From NCBI GenBank assembly GCA_001949185.1, contig BDGG01000018.1, positions 372,001 through 436,000 of the forward strand: a DNA stretch of 64,000 nt. Reading direction: 5' to 3'. This document shows positions 51,526 to 64,000 of the stretch, one piece after another. The DNA comes from Ramazzottius varieornatus. Taxonomy: Eukaryota; Animalia; Tardigrada. Numbering within the stretch: position 1 is the stretch's first letter; each line of letters starts with the position of its first letter. A model generated the notes under the pieces. That model made no database searches. It saw only the letters and a list, made by a program, of their open reading frames with translations, and had not been told where the DNA came from. Position numbers and translations under genes: made by a program.

Positions 51526-51836
51526 AGGAAAGACATACGAGGGAAAGGTTGTAAAGTTAGCCGCCCCATACGGGGTTTGTAAAGTTAGCCGTCTAAGTTC
51601 GCCTGTTCTCTACTATTCAATCCCAAACTTTCAAAGATAGATCGATAGATGAAATAATGAGCTGTCGAATGGTATTAGGCACAATCAACACGAGGAGTCA
51701 GAGAATCCAAGAGATCCGCAATTAAAAGAACGTTGAAATCTCATGTTAAAAAGCCAAGACTTACAATCAAATAGTCAATCAAGCGATAGACGCTGCAGGC
51801 GTGGCTAACTTTGCAAACCCGGTATGGGGTGGCTAA

Positions 51837-54168
51837 CGAGGGGATTATGCCTGTCCCCACCTCTTTCTGGTCCAACTGTCCTGGCGGAACGAGAGAGGAG
51901 AGTCTCTTCTAGGATCTGAGCCAGTGAGCTAAATCCCGCGTCGATCCTGGAACAAACTACAGGGACTCGGGAGTGACGTCAGAAGTAGGGCGGTATATAA
52001 GCAGAGTAATGAACAATCAAGACTTGATTGTTCGATGGTTGATTCGGTTGTTGATTGAGCCTGCGCTTCCTGCTCATCAAGTTTTCTGTTGTTTTTCAAC
52101 CTTCTCTCATTTGCTCATTCATTCCTGCGCTTCTCTGAAATGGAATCCATCAACTTGCTGAATGTTATCAAGCTGCTGGAGTGGGACTACAAACTGCACT
52201 ACCGTATCGACGACTTCCCAGGCGAAGCTGACAGGCAGTTCAAGGACATAGTTAAAGGTAATCTTGCTGTGCACTGGAGCTTAAAAACAAAAAAGATACT
52301 AATTTGATTCGTAATCTTTCCTAGATTTCATCGACTCGAAGACCACCCAAAGTGTTACTCCAGTATAATCTGCAGATCCGCGTCGAGTCATTTGAAGATT
52401 ACGAAGCATCTGTTGTCCAGTGCAACCTGCTGAATGGCCGGAGTGAAGCTGACTTCAACGTTACGGAACCTGATAGACTGCTTGAGCCTGTTTCCAGCGA
52501 GACTGAACCTTCTTCCCATGAGCTATACATCCCACGACTTCCTAACCCCAAGCTTCCAGTGGATCAGTTAGTCAACTTGGAGTACAAGAAACGTGCGGTT
52601 ACATACTGGAGAAACGCCGTGAAGAAGAAGCGTCTCACGTTGGCCGCTGTTCAGAGAGGTTTTGGTAAAGTAACCAGCATACGGCAGCTGTACGACTGGG
52701 AAAAGTAGGTAGTGGAAGACGGTTGCAGGCTGGACAAGTTGAAGGCTCTACGTTTGGATGTCGGTAAGCAGTTCTTCCTCGCTAAAAGGAAAAAGCAAGT
52801 GGTCAAGGATTTGGACTTACGTCGATGGGCTCTCACTGCGAACGAAACGGTGAACTTGGCCGGTTTCACTGCTTCCCCAGACTGGATCGGAAAACTCAAA
52901 CAGTACCAACAGTTTTTTGTGCTTCGATTTCCTTCAACGAAATTAATATTTTCTAGATATTATGGGATCGTTGACCGGAAAATAACCAAGTTCGTCACCA
53001 AGAAATCCATACAAGAAGCGCCTCACGTCAAGGAAAGTGCTGAAGCCTGCGTTGCGCTTGTCAGATCAAGGATCGCATAGTACGGGTTAGACTGTCTGTG
53101 GAATGCGGATCAGTTAGGCTTTGAATATGAGATGAGACCAGGAAGAACTTTGGAACTGCTGGAGTAAAACACGTGGAAGCGATCACCCAGTCGGAGAATT
53201 GCATGACACATAGCTACACTGTGATGATGGCGGTCGTCCCGGGCAGGCGTAAGTTTCTTCCTGTTCTTTTCCTAACGCTGAAGGAAGAGAAAGGAGTGTT
53301 TGGTCCAATCGTGTCGAGAACGATGTTCACGGCTGATAATCTGTATGCCACTGCTTCGACATCCGGGAAGATGACCAAGAAGCTCTACTTAGAGTGGTCA
53401 GAAAAAGTTCTTTTCCCTCATATGGAAGAGCGGTGCATTTTCTTGGCCGACTCGTGGAAGACCCTCATCGATCAAGATTCTGTGATTGAACTGAAACCGG
53501 CAGAGCTGGAGTACGAAATGCTGACCATCCCTCCGAAAGTTACCGGTCGAATTCAACCGCTGGATGTGTTATGCTTTAGGATATACAAAGGCTGCTTCAA
53601 GAAGATATCCGACTTTGTCTTTTTGCACGATTTACCCGTTCAAGTGCATAATCGCGATGTGGTTGGAGATTGCACTCTTTGCTGTATCAACAGTTTCAGT
53701 CGCCCAGGTTCGAAAATTTGATAGCTGAAGCTTGGCATAAGTCGGGATATACCAACGAACGTTTCATGTATGTTAAGCCAGCCAAGTTTATGTTTGATAA
53801 GCTGAAAGGCAGTTGTCTTCACGAGAACTGCAGAGACATTGTTCTTCTGGTTTGCGGGTGGTGCAAGGCCCGTCTTTGCTTCCATCACTTTTATGACGCT
53901 CATCATTTCTGTACTATCTATTTGCCGTAACATGTTTGTTTACTGATGGGTTTCAGGGTTTGTTTGTTAGGTCTAACGTGGACCTACAAGACATCAGGTT
54001 TCTACGTTATTGGCATAAATTTCTGACGTCACTTCCGAGTCCCTGTAGTTTGTTCCAGGATCGACGCGGGATTTAGCTCACTGGCTCAGATCCTAGAAGA
54101 GACTCTCCTCTCTCGTTCCACCAGGACAGTTTGACCAAAAAGAGGTGGGGACAGGCATAATCCCCTCG
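51837..54168 (+). mobile_element. Tc4/Tc5-type (pogo-related) DNA transposon, 2.3 kb, ~148-bp TIRs, TAA TSD within a CTAAG target
   Basis: TIRs at 51837-51984 and 54021-54168; TAA at 51834-36 and 54169-71. Confidence 0.93.
52140..53930 (+). pseudogene. Tc5-like DD37D transposase with two short introns and a C-terminal Cys/His cluster; disrupted
   Basis: FTASPDWI (CENP-B-like HTH), WNADQLGF, THSYT, SGKM, FLADSW...IQPLDV (37 residues between D2 and D3), CGWC...CFHHF...HFC. Stops at 52706 and 53078, plus frameshifts. Confidence 0.88.
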
Positions 54169-55193
54169 TAAGTTTGCAACTGTTACCTCGTACTGATTGA
54201 TACTACGGAAAAGAGGAGCCGCCCTGACGTTCCCAGAATTTTCACTTGTGAAGTTGTGACATGCCAACATGACAAGTGCAGAGTAAGGGCTCCCCCTGGG
54301 GAACTTTTCAGCTTGTCAATTTGCGGAACAGGTCACTATAATTTACATATGCGTTTTTTGCACTCCGATGAATGGTTCTTTCTTCCACATCCGACTTGGC
54401 AGACTCCTTGTCAATCATTACCGCCTCCTGAGCACCGGAGTCTTCTTTGTTGTAGTCGTCCTTTTCCGTACTGTTTGGCGACTGTGGGCCGCGTGACTTC
54501 ACCAACATCCCGATCTACAAGGCTCTGATCCAGGGATATCCAGCCGGAGACGTTTGTAGGCTGTCCATCGTTCCCGCAGAATGAAGTCTCCTTGAACTCA
54601 TAATTCGCACCTTTCCTTCCTCACCCCATCCAGAAGCTGTGGACTATTGGTAAGCCAACTCTTGATAGAAAACGACGCGGAAACGTCCCAGTGGAAAAAT
54701 CTTGTTTGAGTTATTCCAACCGGAAATAACTGTCAAAAAACCCGACATAAATCAGAATTATTCTCCTTTCGGTCTCGGCTTTTCTCTTCGCGGTTGTTTG
54801 AACAAGATGGTTTGAGCTTAATGGAATTTTGCAAGGCCCACATTCGATAATCGATAGGTGTGTGAGTCTAATTTATGCAGGCATCACACGAGTGTGAAAC
54901 GTTTGTTTACTCTTCGGTAAAGTGTTTAAGAAAGGCCATCATATCATTTCGCATCCGATACAGTCAAGTTTATGACGCCATCGATTCTGTCTGGAGACTT
55001 GGTTGAATTTTCTCTTGTGTTATTGCAGATTCTTGTCGCCATCCAACTGCTGAATGCTGGGGGAATCTCTGTGAGGCAACATCAGCCTTTGCAGGGACTT
55101 CCCTCCTTCACTCCATCCTTCTTCCACTGCTGAATCGTCTCCCTCATTCCCGTTGACGAACTCGTGCGTCACACCAAATTGAGGTGTGAATTG

Positions 55194-58100
55194 ATGGAAG
55201 GGACTGATGGCAACACCAACAATGCATATGGTATGGCAAATATTCCCTTGATTGATGATTGACTCACTGGAGAATTCTTCTAACGTGTTTGTTCCGGTCT
55301 GTCCTTGCAGGAAATCTTCTCAGCCACAGTCCGACTACACCGCAGTACAAGTTCGCCGGTCAACAGTACGTTAATCATGGCGAAGAAGACCAGATGGAAA
55401 TCGTTGGTTATCGACGCAACACGACAAAATCTTCGGTGACATGGCTGCTCATCTTCCTCACCGCTGGCTTCGTCCAGCTCCTTTTCTTCTGGAAACCAGA
55501 ATGGAAACTCCACATGATGTTCTCGCGGTGCACGCTGGACGTGGCCACCTTCGTCCGTCTCCATGTACGGTATTTGTCACCCAACAAACAGACTCGGCAA
55601 GATGGATTTTCAAAGTGGCGCACGCTGGTGGCAAGTGTCACCGTAACCGTGCGCCACTTGGGGGAGACAGTTAAAGTCGTCAAGATCTTTTCCCAAGTGG
55701 CGCACGCTTTCGGTTGGGTACACCGAGAAAGTCCGTCGCTTGGGAAAGCAACCTTGTCACGTTTGTCTACCGAACTCCCACGTAAGGCTGAAGCTTTCTT
55801 CTCACTGGTAGGATGAATATGGACAAACCTTCGTCAGTCGGGTCGAGATCCTCACCGAAAAGAGCGTGAAACGATCGTAAGTCCGAGTTAGATTTGACTC
55901 GAGGGTCTTGGCTAAATTCTTATGCGCGTCGATTGTTTTGAGATGATGTCTTCTGACTTTAGGAAGGAACGAACAGCTGGCGAGGAAGCGAATGAACTGA
56001 CGGGAGCTCCGGCTTATCTCGTACCGGGAAAACAAGTAAGGAGCTTTCCCTACCAGATGAAAGTTCTGTTGAATATTGTAAATTTGCTTTAGGGTGTTTT
56101 CGTGCCTGTTGAGTCCATCAAGATTTTCGAATGCTGCCGAGCGCGTTACTGGTGGAATGAAGGGATTCACGGCTTCGAGAAGGTCTCTGGTTTGGGCGAT
56201 GATATCCTTATCGACTTCTTTCTGGAGCAAGAAGGCTTGTCCAAGGATGAGCAAACTATTCGGTACGTAATCCTTCGTCTTACGTAATGTAATCCGGCTT
56301 TATCGCACGACGAGACAAATTGACACTGGGAGGCTTTTATAGGCGGCGTTTATTCGGAGATAACGCCATCGTCGTCGAAGTCGAACCCGTCCTTACCATC
56401 CTTTGGAAAGAAGTAAGTAACAGCTCTTTTAACGAAAACTACTCGGTGGAATGAGTGAGGGAATATTCTGGACAGACGAAAATGGCAGTCTTTCACTCAC
56501 CTACATACAGGGTCCCGTGTCCGGTCGCGTTGACTTCGTATGCAGGTTTGTGATGTCTCGATGGGTCACGGATCTGCATACAGGCCTACCTACATCTACG
56601 TGACACTTTTGTCTGCAGGTTCTTGGTTTCGTCAGATTTGGTTTGTCGAACAGAAACTCTTTGAGATTAGTCGTGAATGTTGGGTCGAAGATAAAGCATG
56701 GTTGGTGCGGCTTGGTGGATATCTTCTTTTCCCCGTAGGCCTTAAATCCGTTCTACATCTTCCAAGCCTTCAGCGTTTGTGTGTGGTTTATCGACGGGTA
56801 AGCCTTGCGTATGCAAATCTGTCTTTATGTGCGGCGGTGGGTTTGTTAAATACTACAGAGTCAAACCCACTCATGTTGTCCTTTCTTTTCTTTGCAGCTA
56901 CGTCTATTATGCGGCGGCTATTGTCCTGATCTCAACCGTCTCCTTGGCATTGACGGTCCATGAAACGCGAACGCAGCAGAAAGCCCTTCGTGATCGGGTT
57001 CACGATGTCGAGGTTCGTAATCCCTATACGCCTTACACACGTTTTCTTTAGCCCAAAAATAGCTGTCACGTGCGGTCTTTTGTCCATGGAACAGAAGGTT
57101 CATATTTTCTTGCGGTGCTGTTTTCACGACATTCATCACAGTATCAAAATTCCCTCGAAATTGTTTTTAATAAAAGTCTGCAGCCAAATCAGAAGAAAAC
57201 TAAATTCAATCTCCGACATTCAGCGCTTTCCCTGTCTGCAAAATATTTCGAAAAAAAGGTAATTTTCCGTCTGAATCAAATATAAAATGGAGGGGCACAT
57301 TACACAGTATTTAGGTAATTCTATGCTATAGGAACGCTCTAGTGCGCCGGTTGACTTGGGTACGTTTTGCATGAAAACCGTTTCTCAGTGGCGCATTCTC
57401 TGAAAACCAGGAAATATCGCTCTGCTGCTGACATTGACTGTTCTTGGCTTCTGTTATGACTGGGCAATGTATTTGCAGCTGGTTCAAATCCTGCGGAATG
57501 ATGGCACAGTGGAGACGGTGGAGGGAGCCAGCTTGGTGCCGGGGGATATCATCATCATCCCACCTCACGGCTGCACTATGGTCTGTGATGCGGCACTAAT
57601 TGCCGGCAACTGCATCGTCAACGAAAGCTCTTTGACCGGTTAGTTTACATTCCTTTGCCTTTGACCCTTTGGTGTTGAGTCTGCAAGTCACAAGCTCTTG
57701 TCTTTCATGTCAAGGCGAGAGTGTCCCGGTGACGAAGACGCCTCTGAACCCCGACAATGAAGGAGAAATATTCAAGATCCGCGCCCAGTCACGCCATCTC
57801 TTGTTTTCGGGAACTAGGGTCCTTCAGACACGCTTTTACGGCAATGAGCTTGTCAAAGCAGTTGTCATACGCACAGGTACGATTTTCTTTTTGCTCAGAG
57901 GCTAGCTGGACCAACTGTAGCAGCTTTACGTGAAACTGCATACTGATGCTCGCCTGAAATGTACGGGTCTGTTGTATGCAGGACCACGAGAGACTACGAC
58001 GCTTTGTGGCTTTCCATGAAGTTATTCACATTTCCAGGTTTTATGACGAGTAAAGGGGAACTGGTTCGCAGCATGATGTTCCCTGCTCCCGTCGACTTTC

Positions 58101-61100
58101 AGTTTTATCGACACACGTACATGTTCGTGGGCATCTTGGCGGCTATAGCAAGTTGTGGCTTGGTTTATTCCGTTGTCCTCCGAGTAAGTTTTACCCTTTC
58201 TGTCCAATATTTGTTCCCGTTCTCGCACTTAATTCTTCCATAAGTTTCTTCTGTTTCAGGTGTACCGTGGAGAAGCCTGGAAATCCATCATCATTCGATC
58301 TTTGGATCTGATCACCATTGCTGTCCCACCAGGCAAGTTCTTTCACGCACCTACGTACTCTTGAATGTGATGAGTTGCCAGTTTTATGTATGTAGGTGTG
58401 CAGATGGATGCTTCTTTCTTACTGGCTTCTCTGTTAACATTAACATCTTTTTGCAGCGCTTCCCGCCGCGTTGACAGTTGGTATCGTCTTTGCCCAGCGT
58501 CGACTGAAGGCAGCCAAAGTCTTCTGCATGAGCCCGAAGACGATCAATATCTCGGGAACGACCAATCTAATTTGCTTCGACAAGGTTGGTTTGTCCCTTT
58601 CACGTGCCCTTGCCATACTTGAGTCTAGTTTGTCTGTTACATGTCATAGACCGGAACTTTGACGGAGGACGGGCTGGATTTCAAGGGCATCGTACCAGCT
58701 GAGGATGGCAGGTTCGAACAGATGCTGGACAGTGCCGTGGCAGTCGAGCGTGGACCGCTCCTCCTGTCCATGACGGCCTGCCACTCTTTGACGCTCATCA
58801 ACGGCGAACTGTCGGGTGACCCGCTGGACCTGATCATGTTCAAAGCGACAGGCTGGGTAAGTGGAAAGAGTTTCAGGGAAGGCGGTTAAACGCAACGTAC
58901 AAGATCGCTGTCTTGAGTGGCGCAAGCGTTCGGCTGATGGCAATGACAGCCTGCGCCACTTGAAAGGAAGACTTCTAATACTTGTGCGTTTCATTTGCCA
59001 ACCTTTCATACGAGTTCCTGCGGTCAAACAATCTGCTTTTTCTTCCGGTAGACACTGGAAGAACCGCAAACGGAAGATACGACCAAGTTTGACCTGCTGG
59101 TGCCAACTGTAGTCAAGCCGAAGAAGCGGTTCCCGGAAGACCAGGAGGAGCATGGGGACGTCGGCATCGTCCGCGAGTTTCCCTTCTCGTCCAGCGTCCA
59201 ACGAATGAGCGTCATTGTCAAGCAGCTCAACGAACCGACCTTCCAATATTTCTGCAAAGGCGCACCGGAGAAGATCTTGACGCTTTGTCGGCCTGAAACC
59301 GGTACAGACAATTGGAATATTCTTCGTAAGTCCCAAACTAATTTTGTTGTAATTCCAGTTCCGCTCGATTTCTATATGAAGTTGGAGAGTTTCACACGTA
59401 AAGGCGATCGAGTTATCGCTCTGGCCTGGAAAGATCTGGGGTCCATCCGTTTCCTCAAGATCCACAAGCTAAAGAGGGAAGACCTGGAAGTCGATCTCAA
59501 CTTCCTGGGCTTTCTTCTCCTGGAGAACCGACTGAAGCCAGACACGGCACAAGTTATCCATGGACTGAAACGAGCTGGCCTCCGCTCAGTCATGGTCACT
59601 GGCGATAACATCCAGACAGCTATCAGTGTGGCTCGAGAATGCGGCATTGTAGGCATGACGGAAGATGTCCAAATCGTGACGGCTGATCAGAGTACCGTCA
59701 GTTGGGCCTGGACTGCCGACATGACGGCTGAAGACAGGGTAGGTGGACTTTTGCAGAGGATACCAAACTTTTTCTGGAAGTTGTCAGAGTAAGACTACCG
59801 CATCATTCCAGCTTTTCACGCATGGGCATACACACGCTCCGTAGTAGAGGCGGTACCGCTGTATGCCGGTGAAATGATCGTGTACCTGCATACAAGTGAC
59901 CCGTGTTGTGTCTGCACACGGTTGTATGCAGGCTGATGCCGAGCTAGGCGTTTTGGTTATGATCAACGGCCTTGATCAGATTTGTTAGGTTGTATGGGCT
60001 TTAGAAGTTTTTGGTTCTAGAAAATGTTGTCAAGAGAGTTAGCAAGGGGAAGACCAGACGATAAAATTCACTTGTCAGTGGCCGGTGGTTCTTTCGAGAA
60101 CATTCGCAAGTTCCATCCGGAAGCTTTGAAGAAGCTCTTGCTGGAAGGCGCCATCTTCGCAAGAATGTCGCCTTTTGAGAAAGAAATGCTGATTGACTGC
60201 TTCAAAGACGCTGGATACTTCGTGGCTTTCTGCGGTAAGAATAAGCCAACTCCCTTACAAACCTTACGTCAACTGCCGTCGAACTTTACTCGTGGTTTCC
60301 CCTAGGCGACGGCGCGAACGATTGTGGCGCTCTGAAGTCCGCACATACCGGTATCTCCTTGTCCGAATCGGAAGCAGCCGCAGCTGCGCCCTTCACCTAC
60401 ACCAAAGGCAGCATTCGCTGTGTGCCGGAAATTATCCGCGAAGGCCGTGCAGCGCTGGTGACTTCCTTTGGGGTAAGTCTACCATCGAATCTTCCCGCCC
60501 CTCTCTTTGTTACCCACGATTAGAAGTGCAGTCTTTCTCTTTGCAGATCTTCAAGTATATCGCTTGTTACAGTCTTACCCAGTTTGTTTCCTGCTTGTTG
60601 TTGTACTGGGTAAGCATAACCAACTTATTGGGGAGAATGCAAACAAAATGCGCTCGTCCGTCGTCAGCCTGCATACAGACAGCGATACACTGCCACAGGC
60701 AACCTGTATACAGGTTCGCCTCAACGCGCGCAGTTTGTTTGCCGATCTCTCGGTGGTGTGTTATTGAGAGCTGTATTGAAGAGTTGACATGAATGGGTGT
60801 TGGGTGTTTAGGTGAGGACGAACCTGGCCGATTGGCAGTTTTTGTACATTGACATGTTCGAGCTGACCATGCTTAGTATTACCTTTGGGCGGACGGGTGC
60901 TTACAAGCGCCTGGTCCGCGATCCGCCGCCGTCCAGCCTTCTAGCCTTCGTCCCCATCTTCTCCCTCCTGATGCACCTTGTCATTGTGATAACGGCCCAG
61001 GTGGTGGCCTTCCTCTTGGTGCAGCAGCAACCCTGGTTCGAACCGCGCAGTGTCACCATCGAACGGTGGAACACAACCGACCCGGAACATGAATATCGCA

Positions 61101-62583
61101 GCTATGAAAATTACACGGTAAAATAAATTGACATTAATTTACAAAAAATATGTCACTTCTTTCTGATATCCTTCTTTTCTATGTAGGTCTTCTGCGTTTC
61201 CAGCTTTCAGTACATTTGGCTGGCACTGGCCTTCGCCAAAGGACCACCTTACAGACGGGTCGTTTTGACCAATCGTAAGCCATCTTTTTCCATTTCTCAA
61301 ACACTTGAAATGGGGTTTCTTCCCTTCAAAACATGTCTAGATTTTTGCTCTTCACTTTTTTCATTTGGGTTACAGTGTTCTTTATGGCGACAGTAGTCTT
61401 CTTTTGCTTCTTTGACCTGTTCCTAACGTTATGGCCTACCGACTTCATCCAGTCAGTCTTTCAAGTAAGCCAACCTTCGCAATTTCTCAATTTCGAACAT
61501 CGCTCTATTTTCTAAATATAGTCGCTGTTGTTTAATAATGGTCCTTTCTTTCGTCATAGCTGCTTCCTGCGCCCGACATGGCATTCCGTGCCACGCTGGT
61601 CTCGATAGCTTTCGTTAACTTGGCCTGTTCCGTTCTTCTCGAGGTGAGATTTCACTTCGCGCATTTCGAGTGGCGAAAGTTTTTCAAATGCTTTCACTGT
61701 TGTAGTTTTTCTGTATCGACTTCCTGCTTTTCAAAAAGGGCGGCAAGCACGCCAAGTGGATTCGTAGTTCGACGTATTTGGGCGATGTGGAGGCGGCCAT
61801 CCGTAACAAGATGGATCCACGCTGGTGGACTAACATCGAACACTCGCCCTCCAAGCCTCTTCTGAACATTCATCCCCCCACCATCGTCTCACACGAAGGC
61901 TTCCTACGCGGTACACCACTTTCTAGTATTCCAGTCGCTTCTTCCTACGTCAGCGAAACCACAGGTACCATCCAGTTTCCTTCCTGATTTCCTTCCTATT
62001 GCGACCGTTGTCATCCACGTGCGTACTTGCACAGTGAAATATCTGCGCGGAGATGGGTGTGCAGGTGCATGATGTGCCGATATCGGATGGTGCAGTAAGT
62101 TTGTCTTTCATGCACCTGCATACAGGATTGCCGTTGAGATATACACGGTCTGCAGTGTGCATGTTTGTGAATTTCAGTCGATTTTCCGTTGTCGACTTGC
62201 TCCTTACGGCGCCGGTGTTGTTTCCTAATCCAGGTACCGCTCCTGATCAGTCGTCAGTCAGCTTTCTTCTCGATGACGACTCGAAAATCACGGACAACGG
62301 GACATTCGTCAGTCGGCACCCAGCTGACGACTTGGAAAGTCATATCAGTATGCTAGAGCATGGATCCTTCGACCTCGGTGCCTCCGACACAGCTTCAGAA
62401 GCCGAAGTGATTCCCTTACTGGATCCTCCACCAAGAACACCAATTGTTGTACAAGATCGTTCTTTGCTTTTCGATAGTCAGGAAGTTAATAGTGATGTAG
62501 TGAACGGCTTTGACGATACGGTGACTTTTGCTCGGGATGATGATGAGGTTACTTCCTCCTTGCTGCATCGTCCTGATGTGTAG
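55194..62583 (+). CDS. ATP13A: P5B-type ATPase (ATP13A2-5-like, probable polyamine transporter), multi-exon
   Basis: [34 protein letters not shown] (P5B signature), [46 protein letters not shown]. Start and last-exon choice are inferred. Confidence 0.95.
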
Positions 62584-63163
62584 TTATATTAGATGCAGAA
62601 ATTGTAGTATGAGTTCCGTGACCAAAAGGCAATGATCATGCCTCTTGTTTTTGGTGAGAAGATTGTGACTTTTTCTCACTGGAGACAACTTTGTAATAAT
62701 TTGTTTCTCTTCTGGAAAATCTCCTGCTGTCCTGGCTGCACCTTTCTTCGCTTTATCCTTACTGTTGTTGTTTCTGGTTTTTGCTCTTCTGCACTGAAGT
62801 AAAATTCGCTTTCCCGAAGGAAGCCATCCATCTGTCTCAATACCCTGAAAACTGTCTGATGCACCTGCATACAAAAGATTCGGCTTCGCTGTCAGGCTCA
62901 AGCACGCAGGATCGCGAAATGCGAGTACCGTAAATGAACGCGGCTGAGCTTTCTGTGACTGGACTCGTCTTTCGCGAACTACTTGTGGTTACCGAACTGG
63001 ACATTCAACACGCTGGGATTTTGTCCGTCAACCTCAAATCAAATCGATTAGAAACGAAGTGACGACAATACAGCAAACACTTTCCATGTTTGATGTCTTC
63101 ACTGGATCTCGCTGTTATTATCCACATTACAAATCAGAAGAGAATTCAAGATGTTGAAATCTC

Positions 63164-64000
63164 TTAAACAGATGAGAGGACTGGCGGCTCGTATCCTTCG
63201 GGACGATCGACAACGGTTCCCTCGGCTGTTACGGCGTGGGTCATGGCACCCTTTCCTTCACCGTGCATTTCTAACAATTTCGACACTGCAGAACAAACAG
63301 CGTTAGCTACCGGTTGATTGACCGCCACCGTCAACTTCTCTTGATTGACCGGAAACAAAACTTACAATCGAGTTTTGGTTTCTTCATGACTTTAACCTTG
63401 CGAATGTAGACATCGTGGAGCGGGTAAATGCCTTGGCAGGATTTCTCAATGTCCTTGGCCATGGTGTCCAGCTTCAAATCTTTGACGACGTCAAACAAGT
63501 TCTTGGAAGAAACTTGACGTGTGATGATGTCCACCATTCTCTTTCGGATTTGCTTGATCTGAGAAGAACCATCCGAACTCAAACCTCTACTTCAGACTTT
63601 GCTCATGGTATGAACCATCCGAACTTCCAGAGAACATCGAATAAAGCTGTCAGAAACTGACCTGCGCATGCTGAGCATAAGCAGTCTTCCGCTGGGTGTT
63701 GAAGCGTTTAGCGGTGAAAGCAATGACGAAGCAGCGCAAAAGAAATCCATCAGTAGTCTTGACGTCAACGTGGGCTTCGATAAGACTCTAAAAAGTACAA
63801 ACGTTAAAAAGTACGAAAAGGTACGTGACAATGAGGTGGATGGATAGTGTTACCTGCCACTTCTTGACCATGGAACGGATCTTGTCGGTGGTTAAAGTCA
63901 TGCCGTGAAAGTTTGTCAGGACATTCTTGCCGCTGACATCTTCCGAAATCAGGCGAAACTTCCTGAAGCCATCGTCGCTGTTGGTACTCAAATCGGCCTG
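63164..64000 (-). CDS. RPS3A: 40S ribosomal protein S3a (eS1), 3' part; continues beyond the window
   Basis: [90 protein letters not shown]. Confidence 0.98.

Larger units (their letters stand above)
51538..54190. mobile_element. Mariner-type MITE (~320 bp) split by the Tc5-type insertion
   Basis: TA|CGAGGGAAAGGTTGTAAAGTTAGCCGCCCCATACGGGGTTTG at the left. The matching right TIR is 51800-51836 plus 54172-54190 (...GTTTGCAACTGTTACCTCG|TA). Confidence 0.8.

Noticed and set aside
56619-56700. Possible mutually exclusive exon in the ATP13A gene
   Set aside because: Its translation does not resemble the real LNPFYIFQ exon that follows.
2011-59656. Many antisense or overlapping ORFs in the ORF track (e.g. 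2011-2427, 41079-41684, 58644-59465)
   Set aside because: Shadows of real genes or TE ORFs on the opposite strand.
63561-63661. snoRNA in the RPS3A intron (14-bp direct repeat GAACCATCCGAACT, CTGA present)
   Set aside because: No box C (RUGAUGA), terminal stem or H/ACA structure visible.

Overview
Eukaryotic (metazoan) genomic DNA with short GT-AG introns and two 50-N gaps. The compact introns, divergent intronless GPCR and expanded-type ANF-receptor and MAP3K-like sequences suggest a tardigrade; this is inference and unverified. Host genes: three tandem Rh/Rh50 ammonium-transporter paralogues (- strand, 0.15-11.4 kb), an intronless rhodopsin-like GPCR, a natriuretic-peptide-receptor-like gene that ends after its TM helix with no kinase-homology or cyclase domain, a P5B ATPase (ATP13A-like), and the 3' part of RPS3A. 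The middle ~43 kb is transposon-rich: Tc1 (DD34E), hAT, a Tc4/Tc5-type DD37D element, Sola-like elements, three CRE-clade retroelement copies, one LINE fragment and about ten MITEs, some nested. It also holds pseudogenes (tandem kinase, SSR3/TRAP-gamma, an unidentified multi-exon orphan). Most notable: (i) an ~840-bp near-perfect fold-back just upstream of the third Rh gene, apparently built from two copies of the left end of a Tc5-type transposon family and carrying a mirrored cluster of promoter-like motifs; (ii) a MITE whose subterminal 15-mer has expanded into a polarised 39-copy minisatellite; (iii) the cyclase-less receptor. All coordinates were read by eye and no database searches were run.
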